The notes beneath the pieces were generated by a model that saw only the letters and a program-made list of their open reading frames with translations, was not told where the DNA came from and did not search any database. A stretch of 59,529 bases of DNA from an uncultured Gammaproteobacteria bacterium. Lineage in GTDB: Bacteria; Patescibacteriota; Microgenomatia; Levybacterales; UBA12049. Position 1 is the stretch's first letter. Every line of letters begins with the position of its first letter. The DNA lies in NCBI GenBank assembly GCA_964391315.1, contig CAYMJR010000002.1, forward strand, positions 14,730 to 74,258, given 5' to 3'. Positions 29,721-39,849 of the stretch are shown here, piece after piece. Both the position numbers and the translations under genes were made by a program.

Positions 29721-30860
29721 ATGATTATAGGAATTGATGGTAATGAGGCAAATGTAGAAAAACGTGTAGGTATCAGTGAATACGCGTTTCAATTGTTGTC
29801 ACAATTTTCAAGCTTAAAGTTTAAAAACCCAAACGCAAAGTTTATTGTGTATTTGAAAGACGAGCCACGGGATGAGTTGCCGCCTGAGTCTACAAATTGG
29901 AAATATCGGGTTGTGAAACCTGGGAAGTTGTGGACACAATGGCGCTTGCCTTTAGATTTATTTCTCCACAATCCGCGACCCGATGTTTTTTTCAGCCCTA
30001 CCCATTATGCACCACGGTTTTCTCCTGTCCCGAGCGTCGTCTCTGTAATGGATTTATCATATTTGTATTTTCCGGAAATGTTTAACAAATCAGATTTGCT
30101 GCAGCTTCGTAATTGGACAGCGTACTCGGTGAAGAAAGCCAACAAAGTTTTCACCATTAGTAACTCAAGCAAGAATGATATAATGAAGGAGTACAAGATC
30201 AGTTCTGATCGAGTTGTGGTTACTCATTTGGGTATCAAGGAGTCTGTTACCCTGACACCACATATATATAGTATGAATGAATTGAAAGGAAAATATGGTT
30301 TATCAGGCAATTTTATCCTCTTTGTTGGCACTCTTCAGCCTCGAAAAAATATCAAAAGACTAATTGAAGCCTTCGAAAAAGTCGTCAAGTCGAAAGCCGA
30401 AAGCCATAAGGATTTGCAGTTGATTATTGTTGGAAGAAGAGGATGGTTGTTTGAGGAAATACTTGAAACACCAAAAGAGCTTGGAATCGAAGAGCGCGTA
30501 AAGTTTCTTGAAAACGTTGAAGATGATGAATTACCGCTCTTTTATAAAAATGCGCTTTGTTTTGTCCTGCCAAGTCTTTACGAGGGGTTTGGATTACCTG
30601 TTCTTGAGGCAATGAAGCAGGGCTGTCCTGTTATAACGAGTAATATCTCGAGTCTTCCTGAAGCCGGAGGAGATGCAGCTCTCTATGTGGATCCAGAGGA
30701 TATTAACGATATTGCCAAAAAAATTACAGAATTAGTAAGTAGTGAGAAACTCCGAAAGGAACTGATTGAAAAGGGCAAAGTACAAGTAAAGAAGTTTAGT
30801 TGGGAAAAAACAGCGAAGGAGACATTGGAAGTGTTACAACAAGTTGCAAATAAAGGTTAA
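29721..30860 (+). CDS. GT4 glycosyltransferase (MtfB-like)
   Basis: MIIGIDG, VGTLQPRKN, PSLYEGFGLPVLEAM, FSW. Confidence 0.92.
   Translation: MIIGIDGNEANVEKRVGISEYAFQLLSQFSSLKFKNPNAKFIVYLKDEPRDELPPESTNWKYRVVKPGKLWTQWRLPLDLFLHNPRPDVFFSPTHYAPRFSPVPSVVSVMDLSYLYFPEMFNKSDLLQLRNWTAYSVKKANKVFTISNSSKNDIMKEYKISSDRVVVTHLGIKESVTLTPHIYSMNELKGKYGLSGNFILFVGTLQPRKNIKRLIEAFEKVVKSKAESHKDLQLIIVGRRGWLFEEILETPKELGIEERVKFLENVEDDELPLFYKNALCFVLPSLYEGFGLPVLEAMKQGCPVITSNISSLPEAGGDAALYVDPEDINDIAKKITELVSSEKLRKELIEKGKVQVKKFSWEKTAKETLEVLQQVANKG
30387..30410 (+). repeat. 7-bp tandem repeat in GT4 loop
   Basis: aagtcga aagccga aagccat aag. Confidence 0.6.
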
Positions 30861-30867
30861 TAAATTT

Positions 30868-31434
30868 ATGACTGATTCGTTGATGACAAAAGTACTTAGA
30901 AGAATAACAACAATTCTTCGAGAATTCGAAGTTTTTATCCTGCATATCATTGGTTATTTTCCTTCACACCTCGTAAGAAAGTTTTTTTATATTATGACGG
31001 GAATTGATATGGGCTCAGGGTCGGCTATTCATATGGGTGCCCGATTCTACAATCCGAAAAATATTTCCATAGGAAAAGATACCATTATTGGTGAACAGGC
31101 AGTTCTTGATGGAAGAGCAAAAATTACAATAGGTGATCATGTTGATTTTGCAACTGGAGTCATGGTTTACAATAGTCAGCATGATTTGGAAAGTGCTGAT
31201 TTTCATGCGACGAGTGAGCCAGTGGTGATTGATGATTATGTTTTTATCGGTCCACGAGCGATTATCCTGCCAGGTGTAACAATTGGCAAAGGGGCCGTTG
31301 TTGCCGCTGGAGCTGTCGTTACGAAAGATGTTGCACCGTTTGAAATTGTTGGTGGAGTGCCGGCGAAGGTAATTGGGGAGAGGAAAAATAAAGATTTACA
31401 TTATAAATTAGGTCGCGCTGCTTGGTTTAGATAG
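30868..31434 (+). CDS. Hexapeptide-repeat O-acyltransferase (WcaF/maltose acetyltransferase-like)
   Basis: VVIDDYVFIGPRAIILPGVTIGKGAVVAAGAVVTKDV...VGGVPAK. ATG 30868. Confidence 0.88.
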   Translation: MTDSLMTKVLRRITTILREFEVFILHIIGYFPSHLVRKFFYIMTGIDMGSGSAIHMGARFYNPKNISIGKDTIIGEQAVLDGRAKITIGDHVDFATGVMVYNSQHDLESADFHATSEPVVIDDYVFIGPRAIILPGVTIGKGAVVAAGAVVTKDVAPFEIVGGVPAKVIGERKNKDLHYKLGRAAWFR

Positions 31435-31470
31435 AACACAGTTCCTGTTTTAGTTGCATGTATTCATATT

Positions 31471-32349
31471 ATGCTTTTATCAATTATCACCTTGAATTAC
31501 AAAAAACCCGCTTTAACACTTGCTTGTGTCGCATCTCTCCATGAACAGTTTGGAAAAGAGTTTGAAAAGAATGAAATGGAGCTGATTATTGTTGATAATG
31601 ATTCGCGGGACAGTTCTGTTGAGAAGCTTCGTGAGTCAGTTAGAAAAAACTTATATAAAAGTACTCATATTATTGCAAATAAAGAAAATGGAGGATTTGG
31701 TAAAGGTAATAATGTAGGAGTAGAGACAGCAAAGGGAAAATATTTACTCTTTTTAAATAATGACACGGTGGTTAAAGATAAAGGAATACTTGATATGGCA
31801 TCCTACTTGGAAGACCATGAACATGTTGCGATATTGGGCGGGCAGCTTCGCAATGTAGATAATACGCCTCAGCCTTCAATTGGAAAATTCTATACCCTTT
31901 ATAATGCGTTTTTGCTCTTGCTAGGAATGCAGAAATTTGGTTTACTTGATAAGAGTCCTGTAGAGATTGCGGAAGTTGATTGGGTTAAAGGTGGATTATT
32001 GATGATTCGGGCTGAGATATTTCGAAAGCTTTCAGGTTTTGATGAAAATATTTTCATGTATACTGAAGACATGGAATTATGTTACCGGGCGACAAAGGCG
32101 GGATATAAAGTAATGTTTTATCCAAAGGTCACCGTCGTTCACGAAGAGCATGGAAGTGGAAATAGGTCGTTTGCGATCATCAATATCTATAAAGGACTTC
32201 GTTATTTCTATAAAAAACATAAAAGTTTAGCTGAATTTCAGCTATTATCCATAATGTTATATATGAAGGCGTGGATTGCTATAGGAATTGGCACACTTAC
32301 AGGAAATTCAAATTTAGTGAAGACTTATAGAGAGGCAATCAAATTATAA
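31471..32349 (+). CDS. GT2 glycosyltransferase (WbbL-like)
   Basis: VDNDS, NGGFGKGNN, FLNND, VDWVKGG, GFDENIFMYTEDMELC. Confidence 0.9.
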   Translation: MLLSIITLNYKKPALTLACVASLHEQFGKEFEKNEMELIIVDNDSRDSSVEKLRESVRKNLYKSTHIIANKENGGFGKGNNVGVETAKGKYLLFLNNDTVVKDKGILDMASYLEDHEHVAILGGQLRNVDNTPQPSIGKFYTLYNAFLLLLGMQKFGLLDKSPVEIAEVDWVKGGLLMIRAEIFRKLSGFDENIFMYTEDMELCYRATKAGYKVMFYPKVTVVHEEHGSGNRSFAIINIYKGLRYFYKKHKSLAEFQLLSIMLYMKAWIAIGIGTLTGNSNLVKTYREAIKL

Positions 32350-32351
32350 TT

Positions 32352-35300
32352 ATGAAAAAAATTCTACAATGGTTATCAGAGAATATTCTTTTTCTTAGTA
32401 CGCTATTTTTGCTTGTTTTTATTCCACTTTATCCCAAATTACCTCTTATTAATGTTGTACATACGTGGGTATATATTCGTGCAGAAGATTTTTTTGTTGT
32501 TGCTGTTTCTCTTATTTGGGCCGTACTGCTTTTCCGGAAAAAAATAACCTTAAAAACGCCATTAACAATGCCAATTTTACTTTTTTGGCTTGCAGGCGCG
32601 CTGGCAACCATTCATGGGATTCTGATTATTTTTCCTGATATCGCAAATGTTTTCCCAAATGTTGCTTTCTTAAGCTTTTTGCGAAGGATCGAATATATCT
32701 TTCTCTTTTTTGTTGCCTATTCTGCTGTAAAAGACAAAAAGGGAGTTATTCCCTATATAGTTGCAATAATAACAATTACTCTTTTTGGTGTTTTTTTCTA
32801 CGGTGTCGGCGAAAAATATTTCTCTTTTCCTGCATATCTAACAATGAATGAACAATATGCAAAAGGTATTCCGATCATCTTATCGCCATTATCTCGTGTA
32901 CCGTCAACATTTGCAGGACATTATGATTTAGCAGCATATCTCGTTTTAGTTTTACCGCTCTTGGCAAGTCTGCTTTTTGGTATTCGAAATCTTTTTACCA
33001 GAGCAGCAATTCTTTTTACGTTTGTTTGTGGTTTAGTATTACTTTTTTGGACAGTATCACGTGTCTCATTTGCAGTGCTTTTTGTATCAATTCTTGTTGT
33101 GCTGGTCCTGCAGAAGAAAAAATGGATACTTGTTTCGCTGCCTGTTATCGGGGTAATCATTGCTTTTTTGCTTCTAACCCTTTCTCCTCGTATTTTAAAT
33201 CGGTTTGGTAATACGGTTAAACCAATTGATGTTTTGGTAAATGCTCAAACAGGTGAAGCTCTTGGTAATGTTCAAACAATTACAAAAGATGATATTCATG
33301 GTAAAGTAGTTATGAAGACTAATTTTATCAGCAAAGAAAGTCTTGATTCTATTAATAAGCCGGAATTTCAGGCCAGTAGATCTGCAGTACCTTTGGAGCT
33401 TGTCCCATTGCCTGGAGTATTACTTGTACCACCAAATGCATCAACGGGTGAAAATCTTCCACAAGGGACAGGATATCAAGATTTATTGCTTTCACCGATC
33501 GTGCAGCAAACAAATCAGTTTTTCTACATTCAAAAGCAAGATCAAGCCACCCATTCTTCAGAAATACAAATGCTCGTTGGACAATTTCTTATCAAGCGAG
33601 CAAATGCCTATGATCTTTCTCTGACGACAAGATATCAAGGTGAATGGCCAAATGCGATTGCAGCATTTAAAAGAAATATATTATTTGGAAGCGGTTACGG
33701 ATCGATTAGTCTTGCAATTGATAACAGTTATCTTCGTATGCTTGGTGAAGTTGGATCACTTGGATTTTTGACATTTTTCCTGATTTTCATTATTGCCGGA
33801 ATGTATATTAAAAAAGTACTACCACAAGTTGAATCACCACTGGTCCGAAGTTTTGTTATCGGTTTTGTTGCGGGCGGTATTGGTATTATTCTTAACGCAA
33901 CGCTCATTGATGTGTTTGAGGCATCAAAAGATGCATATTATTTATGGATGCTCATGGGAATAACAATTGGTGTGCTTCATGCTTATCAAACACAACGGTT
34001 TGATTTCTATCAGACATTAAAGAAAATTGCAGTATCACCTGTCGCAATAATTATTTATCTTGGTCTTGTAAGTCTTGTTACTTTCGTACCAATGTTGGGC
34101 AACTTCTTTGTTGGAGATGACTTTACTTGGTTCCGATGGGCTGCAACCGCACATAATAATTTCGCTCAACTTGTTCAATATTTCACTCAGGCAGATGGAT
34201 TTTTCTACCGGCCGGGGACAAAAATATATTTCCAAGCGATGTACAGTCTTTTCTGGCTAAATCCTCTTGCGTATCATGTTGTTTCCCTTGCAGCACATGT
34301 CATCGTCGGATCATTGGTGTTCCTTACAGTCAGAAAAATCTTCCGCAATTATGGTCTTGCCGTTCTTTCAGCATTCTTGTTTGTCTTTTTAAGCGGTTAT
34401 ACAGAAGCAGTTTTCTGGATATCATCTGTCGGCCATGTATTTAGTGCGATGTTTATTTTGGTCAGTATCTATCTCTTCCTGTTCTGGCTTGAAAAACGTA
34501 ACGTCATCATTTATGTGCTTTCCCTTATTTCAATACTCTTTGCACTCTCATTCCATGAACTTGCTGTCATTGCGCCACTTCTTCTCATGCTTGTTGCGTT
34601 TACTGTTACCAATTGGTCCTTTAAAGAATTTAAAACATACAAAAAATATTATGTATCACTTTTCTCGCCACTTGTCCTGTACACTATTTTCCGTGTGATA
34701 TCAGGAAGTCACTGGACAGGAGGAGATTATAGTTACAGCATTATTAATCTTCCTTTCAATATTATTGGTAATACAATCGGTTATTCTCTTCTGTCATTTT
34801 TTGGTCCGATATCATTATCGTTCTATGAAAAGTTACGAAGCGTTGCCAATACTCATATTCCATTAACAATTGTTGCAACACTTATTTTGATCGCAGCATG
34901 TTACGGACTTTATCGAGTGCTCCGTTCATATTTAAAAAAGATCGCATGGGAGGATAGAAACGTGCTTATATTTGGTGCAGCCTTTGCATTTATTGCCATG
35001 ATTCCATTCTTGGATTTTGGCAATATAACCTCTCGTTATACCTATTTGCCCTCTCTAGGTTTTGTTGTTCTTGCCGCGTTTGGAATTAACAAACTCTATA
35101 ACTATCTATTGATTAATGGCCGTGATATTGCCCTTGGTATTGTTGCAACAATACTGAGTACTTTCTTACTTTTTAATATTATGCAGGTGCAACAAATGAG
35201 TGGTGACTGGCATGATGCAGGCCTCAAGGCAAGCAATTTCTTAACATCATTCCAAGGAATTTATTTAGACTATTGGTCGAAAGAACCTATGACATTTAAT

Positions 35301-35522
35301 CTTGTTAATGTTCCAATTCGTAACGGTCAAGCATGGGTATTTCCTGTTGGTATTAATGATGCATTGTGGATTATCACCAAGAATCCTCAAGTTACTATCA
35401 ATGAGTGGTCATCTACAGATCAGGCTCTTAGCATGATCAAAAATCCAGTAAATGAGAAAGTCTTCCTCTTTGATAGCTTAGGAAATATTACAGAGCAGAG
35501 GATAATAAGAAGACATCAATAA
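32352..35522 (+). CDS. Fusion of an O-antigen-ligase-like domain and a GT-C (TMTC/PMT-like) domain
   Basis: N-half: RVPSTF, WTVSR, LFGSGYG, DNSYLRMLGEVG. C-half: FFVGDDF, FYRP, EAVFWIS, FHELA, RYTYLPS. Confidence 0.7.
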   Translation: MKKILQWLSENILFLSTLFLLVFIPLYPKLPLINVVHTWVYIRAEDFFVVAVSLIWAVLLFRKKITLKTPLTMPILLFWLAGALATIHGILIIFPDIANVFPNVAFLSFLRRIEYIFLFFVAYSAVKDKKGVIPYIVAIITITLFGVFFYGVGEKYFSFPAYLTMNEQYAKGIPIILSPLSRVPSTFAGHYDLAAYLVLVLPLLASLLFGIRNLFTRAAILFTFVCGLVLLFWTVSRVSFAVLFVSILVVLVLQKKKWILVSLPVIGVIIAFLLLTLSPRILNRFGNTVKPIDVLVNAQTGEALGNVQTITKDDIHGKVVMKTNFISKESLDSINKPEFQASRSAVPLELVPLPGVLLVPPNASTGENLPQGTGYQDLLLSPIVQQTNQFFYIQKQDQATHSSEIQMLVGQFLIKRANAYDLSLTTRYQGEWPNAIAAFKRNILFGSGYGSISLAIDNSYLRMLGEVGSLGFLTFFLIFIIAGMYIKKVLPQVESPLVRSFVIGFVAGGIGIILNATLIDVFEASKDAYYLWMLMGITIGVLHAYQTQRFDFYQTLKKIAVSPVAIIIYLGLVSLVTFVPMLGNFFVGDDFTWFRWAATAHNNFAQLVQYFTQADGFFYRPGTKIYFQAMYSLFWLNPLAYHVVSLAAHVIVGSLVFLTVRKIFRNYGLAVLSAFLFVFLSGYTEAVFWISSVGHVFSAMFILVSIYLFLFWLEKRNVIIYVLSLISILFALSFHELAVIAPLLLMLVAFTVTNWSFKEFKTYKKYYVSLFSPLVLYTIFRVISGSHWTGGDYSYSIINLPFNIIGNTIGYSLLSFFGPISLSFYEKLRSVANTHIPLTIVATLILIAACYGLYRVLRSYLKKIAWEDRNVLIFGAAFAFIAMIPFLDFGNITSRYTYLPSLGFVVLAAFGINKLYNYLLINGRDIALGIVATILSTFLLFNIMQVQQMSGDWHDAGLKASNFLTSFQGIYLDYWSKEPMTFNLVNVPIRNGQAWVFPVGINDALWIITKNPQVTINEWSSTDQALSMIKNPVNEKVFLFDSLGNITEQRIIRRHQ

Positions 35523-35540
35523 AGACCACATAATCAGATC

Positions 35541-36989
35541 ATGAATAAAACGAAAACTTTATTACTCCTAATTCTTCTGGTAGGATTTGTATTCCGATTC
35601 TATCGTTTCGATAATCCTGTTGCTGATTGGCATAGTTGGCGTCAAGCAGATACTTCTTCTGTTTCACGAAATTTTGCCCAAGACGGATTTGATTTCTTGC
35701 ATCCACGGATGGATAATATTTCAAATGTTCAGTCAGGACTTGAAAACCCACAGGGATATTTTTTTGTAGAGTTTCCGATTTATAACGCTGCACAAGCTGG
35801 ACTTTTTAAATTGTTCGGCCTGCTGACACTAGAAGAGTGGGGAAGACTCGTTACGATTATCTCATCGACAGTTGCAGCTTTTTTTCTCTATCTTATTGTT
35901 AGTCGTCATAGCAATAAAACAATAGGTCTTCTTACTGCAGCTTTTTATACATTTATTCCTTTTGATATTTATTACGGTAGAGTGATTCTCACTGACCCAT
36001 CAATGGTAATGGCTACACTTGGCGCAATTTATTTTTTTGATCTCTGGACTGAGCAAACCGCAAAAAGTAAAAACAAAAAAGGAAAAGAATATTTTTATTA
36101 TGTTTTAGCATTGATCTTTACTGCAGGCACATTGTTGCTTAAGGCACAAGCGTTATTTTTTGTTCTGCCAATTATTTATTTAGCGTTTAAACGTTTTGGT
36201 TGGAAAACATTTTTACAATGGCAGTTATGGCTTTTTGCAATTCTTGCAGTTGCACCTCTTGGGGCATGGAGGATCTGGATGGCTCAATATCCTGAGGGAA
36301 TTCCGGCAAATGCGTGGCTTTTTAATGGTAATGGGATTAGGTTTCATCCGGCGTTCTTCCGTTGGATTTTTTATGAACGGTTGACGAAATTATTTTTAGG
36401 TTATTTTGGGATTGGTATTTTCGCGTTTGGTTTATTTGCACTAGGAAAAATAAAAGAGTGGATGTTTTTTGTGACATTTCTTTTCAGCTCTCTTTTGTAT
36501 GTCTGTATCCTTGCAACGGGAAATGTACAACATGATTATTATCAAATTCCGGTGATGCCGACGATTGCTATTATCTGTGCAATTGGGAGTTATTATTTAT
36601 ATCAACTGAAAAAGCCTATTGGGAAAATTGTTCTTGTTGTTTTGCTTTTAGGCGGGTTTTACTTTAGTTGGCTGCAAGTAAGAGATTTTTTCAATATTAA
36701 TAATCCTTCAATTATTATTGCAGGGAAAGCAGTCGATCAATTGGCGCCAAAAAACGCGAAGGTAATTGCAATTTATGATGGAGATAGCTCATTCCTTTAT
36801 CAGACAAAAAGAAAAGGATGGGCGAGTTTTGAAAAGCCACTTCCTGACATGGTGAAGATGGGAGCAAGTTATTTGGTTCTTGTAAATCCGACACCCCAAG
36901 ATCATGCGTTTGCAAAAGATTATAAAATTGTTGCAGCAACGAAAGAATATATTTTATATGATCTGGGATATAAAAAGAAAAACCACTAA
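35541..36989 (+). CDS. ArnT/PMT-like GT-C glycosyltransferase
   Basis: DWHSWRQADT, EFPIYN, YYGRVILTDP, LLLK, HDYYQIP; about 12 TM. Confidence 0.8.
   Translation: MNKTKTLLLLILLVGFVFRFYRFDNPVADWHSWRQADTSSVSRNFAQDGFDFLHPRMDNISNVQSGLENPQGYFFVEFPIYNAAQAGLFKLFGLLTLEEWGRLVTIISSTVAAFFLYLIVSRHSNKTIGLLTAAFYTFIPFDIYYGRVILTDPSMVMATLGAIYFFDLWTEQTAKSKNKKGKEYFYYVLALIFTAGTLLLKAQALFFVLPIIYLAFKRFGWKTFLQWQLWLFAILAVAPLGAWRIWMAQYPEGIPANAWLFNGNGIRFHPAFFRWIFYERLTKLFLGYFGIGIFAFGLFALGKIKEWMFFVTFLFSSLLYVCILATGNVQHDYYQIPVMPTIAIICAIGSYYLYQLKKPIGKIVLVVLLLGGFYFSWLQVRDFFNINNPSIIIAGKAVDQLAPKNAKVIAIYDGDSSFLYQTKRKGWASFEKPLPDMVKMGASYLVLVNPTPQDHAFAKDYKIVAATKEYILYDLGYKKKNH
36053..36080 (+). repeat. Degenerate 7-bp repeat in loop of ArnT-like gene
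   Basis: gcaaacc gcaaaaa gtaaaaa caaaaaa; A-rich, so weaker. Confidence 0.4.
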
Positions 36990-37000
36990 CTATCTAACTC

Positions 37001-38014
37001 ATGGGATTTTTACGACTATTTTTTGCACTTAGCGTCGTTATACATCACAGCAGTCCAACTTTTTTTGGATTTAATTTTTTTGATTCTTCAATTGCAGTCA
37101 CTGGATTTTTTGTGATTTCGGGATTTTATATGGCTTTAATATTGCAAGAAAAATATGTGCAGAAACATTCTTATAACTTATTTATTTCCAATCGACTTCT
37201 TCGAATTTATCCTACGTACTGGTTGATTCTTTTACTCACAATTATTATCAATATTATTTTAAGTGTTCAGGGGTCGGCGCATTTTTTATACGCCAACATA
37301 GTTGATTTTATTCGAGACGCGACAATTCTTGTCCGCACTGATTATTTTGAACTTGATCCAAATAAATTCCAGGTATTAACTATTGGCCCCGCATGGACAT
37401 TGGTACTTGAATTACTTTTCTATCTTATGGCGCCGTTTATTGTAAAGAGTATGAAAAAAATAATTTTTTTTATGATTATCAGTATTAGTGCACGATATCT
37501 TCTTTACCATTTTGCGGTATTACATAATATCCAACCATCAGTTCGCTTTTTCCCTGTAGAACTGGTTTTCTTTCTCCTTGGTGCATTATCGTACAAGATA
37601 TATGACAAAGTTAAAAATCATAATTGGAATACCATTTTTCTTTATTCTCTCGCTGGGTTATTTATTTTATTTACTTTTTTATATAACTATTTACCCTTTG
37701 ATCACACAATTGGAAGATGGAGTAATATGAAAGAAAATATTTATATCGCAATACTCTTTTTAGCGATTCCTTTTTGTTTTCTGATCAGTAAAAAAAGTAA
37801 ATTTGATAAAGCGTTTGGTGATTTATCATATCCTGTTTACATATCTCATACACTAGTTATCTTCGGGGTGTCGACATACATCCATACCATACATACCGAT
37901 TTATCTGCTTTGCTTATTATTATGATTACCCTTTGGCTATCATATATTATTGTTAAACTTTTTGAGCATCCGATTGATATGTGGAGACAAAGACGAATAG
38001 ATAAGATACAATAA
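37001..38014 (+). CDS. Acyltransferase-3 (OafA-like) membrane O-acyltransferase
   Basis: LRLFFALSVVIHH, FFVISGF, RLLRIYP, AWTLVLELLFY, GDLSYPVYISH, FEHP. Confidence 0.92.
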   Translation: MGFLRLFFALSVVIHHSSPTFFGFNFFDSSIAVTGFFVISGFYMALILQEKYVQKHSYNLFISNRLLRIYPTYWLILLLTIIINIILSVQGSAHFLYANIVDFIRDATILVRTDYFELDPNKFQVLTIGPAWTLVLELLFYLMAPFIVKSMKKIIFFMIISISARYLLYHFAVLHNIQPSVRFFPVELVFFLLGALSYKIYDKVKNHNWNTIFLYSLAGLFILFTFLYNYLPFDHTIGRWSNMKENIYIAILFLAIPFCFLISKKSKFDKAFGDLSYPVYISHTLVIFGVSTYIHTIHTDLSALLIIMITLWLSYIIVKLFEHPIDMWRQRRIDKIQ

Positions 38015-38020
38015 TAGCAA

Positions 38021-39214
38021 ATGAACATTTTGATGGTATCATCATATCTTCCTTACCCACTTCATTCTGGCGGACAAGTACGTTTGTACAACTTAATTAA
38101 AGAATTATCAGACAAACATGAGATAACCCTTGTCTGCGAGAAACGACCCAGCCAAACACAGGAAGATGTCAAAACATTGGAAAAGTTTTGTAAAAGAGTC
38201 GTGACAGTTGATCGCCGCAAGCAATGGACTATGGAAAATATTGCGAAATCAGGTATTTCAACACACTCATTTTTGGTAACCGGTCATACACTTCCTCAGA
38301 TGCAGGAAAAGATTACGCAACTGTTACACGAAGAAACATTTGATGTAATTCACGTAGAGACATTTTATGTGATGCAGAATGTTCCCGCGACTTCTCTTCC
38401 AGTTGTATTAGTTGAGCATAATATTGAATATCAGGTTTATCAGCGTTTTATGAATCGCGTTCCAATCGTTTTAAAGCCATTGTTGAAGATTGATATTGCA
38501 AAAATTAGAAAAGAAGAGGAGAATTTTTGGAAACAATCAAGCAAAGTTGTTGCTGTTTCAGAAGAGGATAGAAATGTTATTGAGAAAAATGGTTTAAAGG
38601 CTGACCTTGTTCCTAATGGGGTAAATATCGAACAGTTTTCGTTTAAAGCAGCACGAAATAATAATGTGAAGAGAATACTTTTTATCGGGGATTTTAAGTG
38701 GATTCAGAATCGGGATTCAGTTGAGTTTATTATTAAAGAAATTTGGCCCATTTTGGCAAATAGCAAATGGCAAATGACAAATGGAAGATTAAAGCTTTGG
38801 ATTGTGGCGAGAAGTATTCCGGAAGCAGTTAGGCGTTTGACAAATGACCCGAATGTATTATTTGATGAAGAAAGTTCAGCAAAACAAGCCAATGAAATTT
38901 TTCAGGAGGCAGATGTTTTGTTGGCACCAATTCGCGTTGGCGGCGGGACGAGTTACAAGATTTTGGAATCCATGAGTTGTGGTACACCTGTTGTGGCTAT
39001 GCAGATGTCTGCATCTGCAATTCATGCAGTAGATGGAAAAGATATTATGGTTGGTAAAGTTGCACAAGAACTCGCGGATAAGACAATTACACTTTTAGAT
39101 AATGAAAAAGTGTACAAGACGATTGCTACTAATGGGCGCAAGCTAATTGAAGAGCATTACAGCTGGAAAATGATTGCAGAAGAGTTAAGCCGTATCTATA
39201 ATCTGCTTGCTTGA
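38021..39214 (+). CDS. GT4 glycosyltransferase
   Basis: PYPLHSGG, VEHNIE, VPNGV, APIRVGGGTSYKILESM, YSW. Confidence 0.9.
   Translation: MNILMVSSYLPYPLHSGGQVRLYNLIKELSDKHEITLVCEKRPSQTQEDVKTLEKFCKRVVTVDRRKQWTMENIAKSGISTHSFLVTGHTLPQMQEKITQLLHEETFDVIHVETFYVMQNVPATSLPVVLVEHNIEYQVYQRFMNRVPIVLKPLLKIDIAKIRKEEENFWKQSSKVVAVSEEDRNVIEKNGLKADLVPNGVNIEQFSFKAARNNNVKRILFIGDFKWIQNRDSVEFIIKEIWPILANSKWQMTNGRLKLWIVARSIPEAVRRLTNDPNVLFDEESSAKQANEIFQEADVLLAPIRVGGGTSYKILESMSCGTPVVAMQMSASAIHAVDGKDIMVGKVAQELADKTITLLDNEKVYKTIATNGRKLIEEHYSWKMIAEELSRIYNLLA
38755..38789 (+). repeat. 7-bp tandem repeat in GT4 loop
   Basis: ggcaaat agcaaat ggcaaat gacaaat ggaagat. Confidence 0.8.
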
Positions 39215-39792
39215 GGGACAATCAGTGGTAATATCATTGGCTTCTTTGCTATTACATCAATGCTAACACGAGTTGGCAATCGACTCATTACCGCAGGATG
39301 TTGTTTATAGTCTCTCGTACTTTTAAGAAGAGTAGTTGTTTGGAGGGTTGGTTTTGGCTCTCCATTAAAAATTGTAGATGATGGATTCGTTGTATATGCA
39401 TATGATTTTTCAATTGCTAAGTAATCAAGCAATGTCCCAATTTTTCCAGTAACTCCATCAATTCCTAGATCAGTTGTATATTTTGTAACGAGAGATTCTT
39501 GTGCTTCAGGAGTCCCAGTTACAGGAGCTTTAAGAGTATCAACGGCTCGATAGGCGACATCTCCTGACAAACTTGATTCCTGATTAAGCATATCAGGGTA
39601 GAATACACCTCCCCAGTGAATAGATAATATATGCGGAGGATGCCAAATAGCATAAAGATTTTGTGGAGTGAGTGTTACAATCTGAAAGCCAGCTTCTTTT
39701 AAAGCCTTACTTTGTTCGACACTAAACCTTGGATCTTCTACTTTTGATGGAAGGTCTTCAACTTTTTGAACATTTCTATATGCTTCAGTCAT
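39196..39792 (-). CDS. Hypothetical soluble protein
   Basis: 198 aa ORF filling the gap between two GT4 genes, with its own consensus promoter. Confidence 0.75.
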   Translation of the reverse strand: MTEAYRNVQKVEDLPSKVEDPRFSVEQSKALKEAGFQIVTLTPQNLYAIWHPPHILSIHWGGVFYPDMLNQESSLSGDVAYRAVDTLKAPVTGTPEAQESLVTKYTTDLGIDGVTGKIGTLLDYLAIEKSYAYTTNPSSTIFNGEPKPTLQTTTLLKSTRDYKQHPAVMSRLPTRVSIDVIAKKPMILPLIVPQASRL

Positions 39793-39798
39793 TGTGAG

Positions 39799-39827
39799 AT
39801 TCTAAAGAATTTGGTGGTATAAGTCAA
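39799..39827 (-). promoter_or_regulatory. Sigma70 promoter TTGACT-17-TAGAAT, leaderless
   Basis: Minus strand TTGACT 39827-39822, TAGAAT 39804-39799, 6 nt to ATG 39792. Confidence 0.7.
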
Positions 39828-39837
39828 ACGTTTGAGC

Positions 39838-39843
39838 TATACT
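39838..39843 (+). promoter_or_regulatory. -10 element TATACT, leaderless
   Basis: 6 nt before ATG 39850. Confidence 0.55.
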
Positions 39844-39849
39844 TAACTC

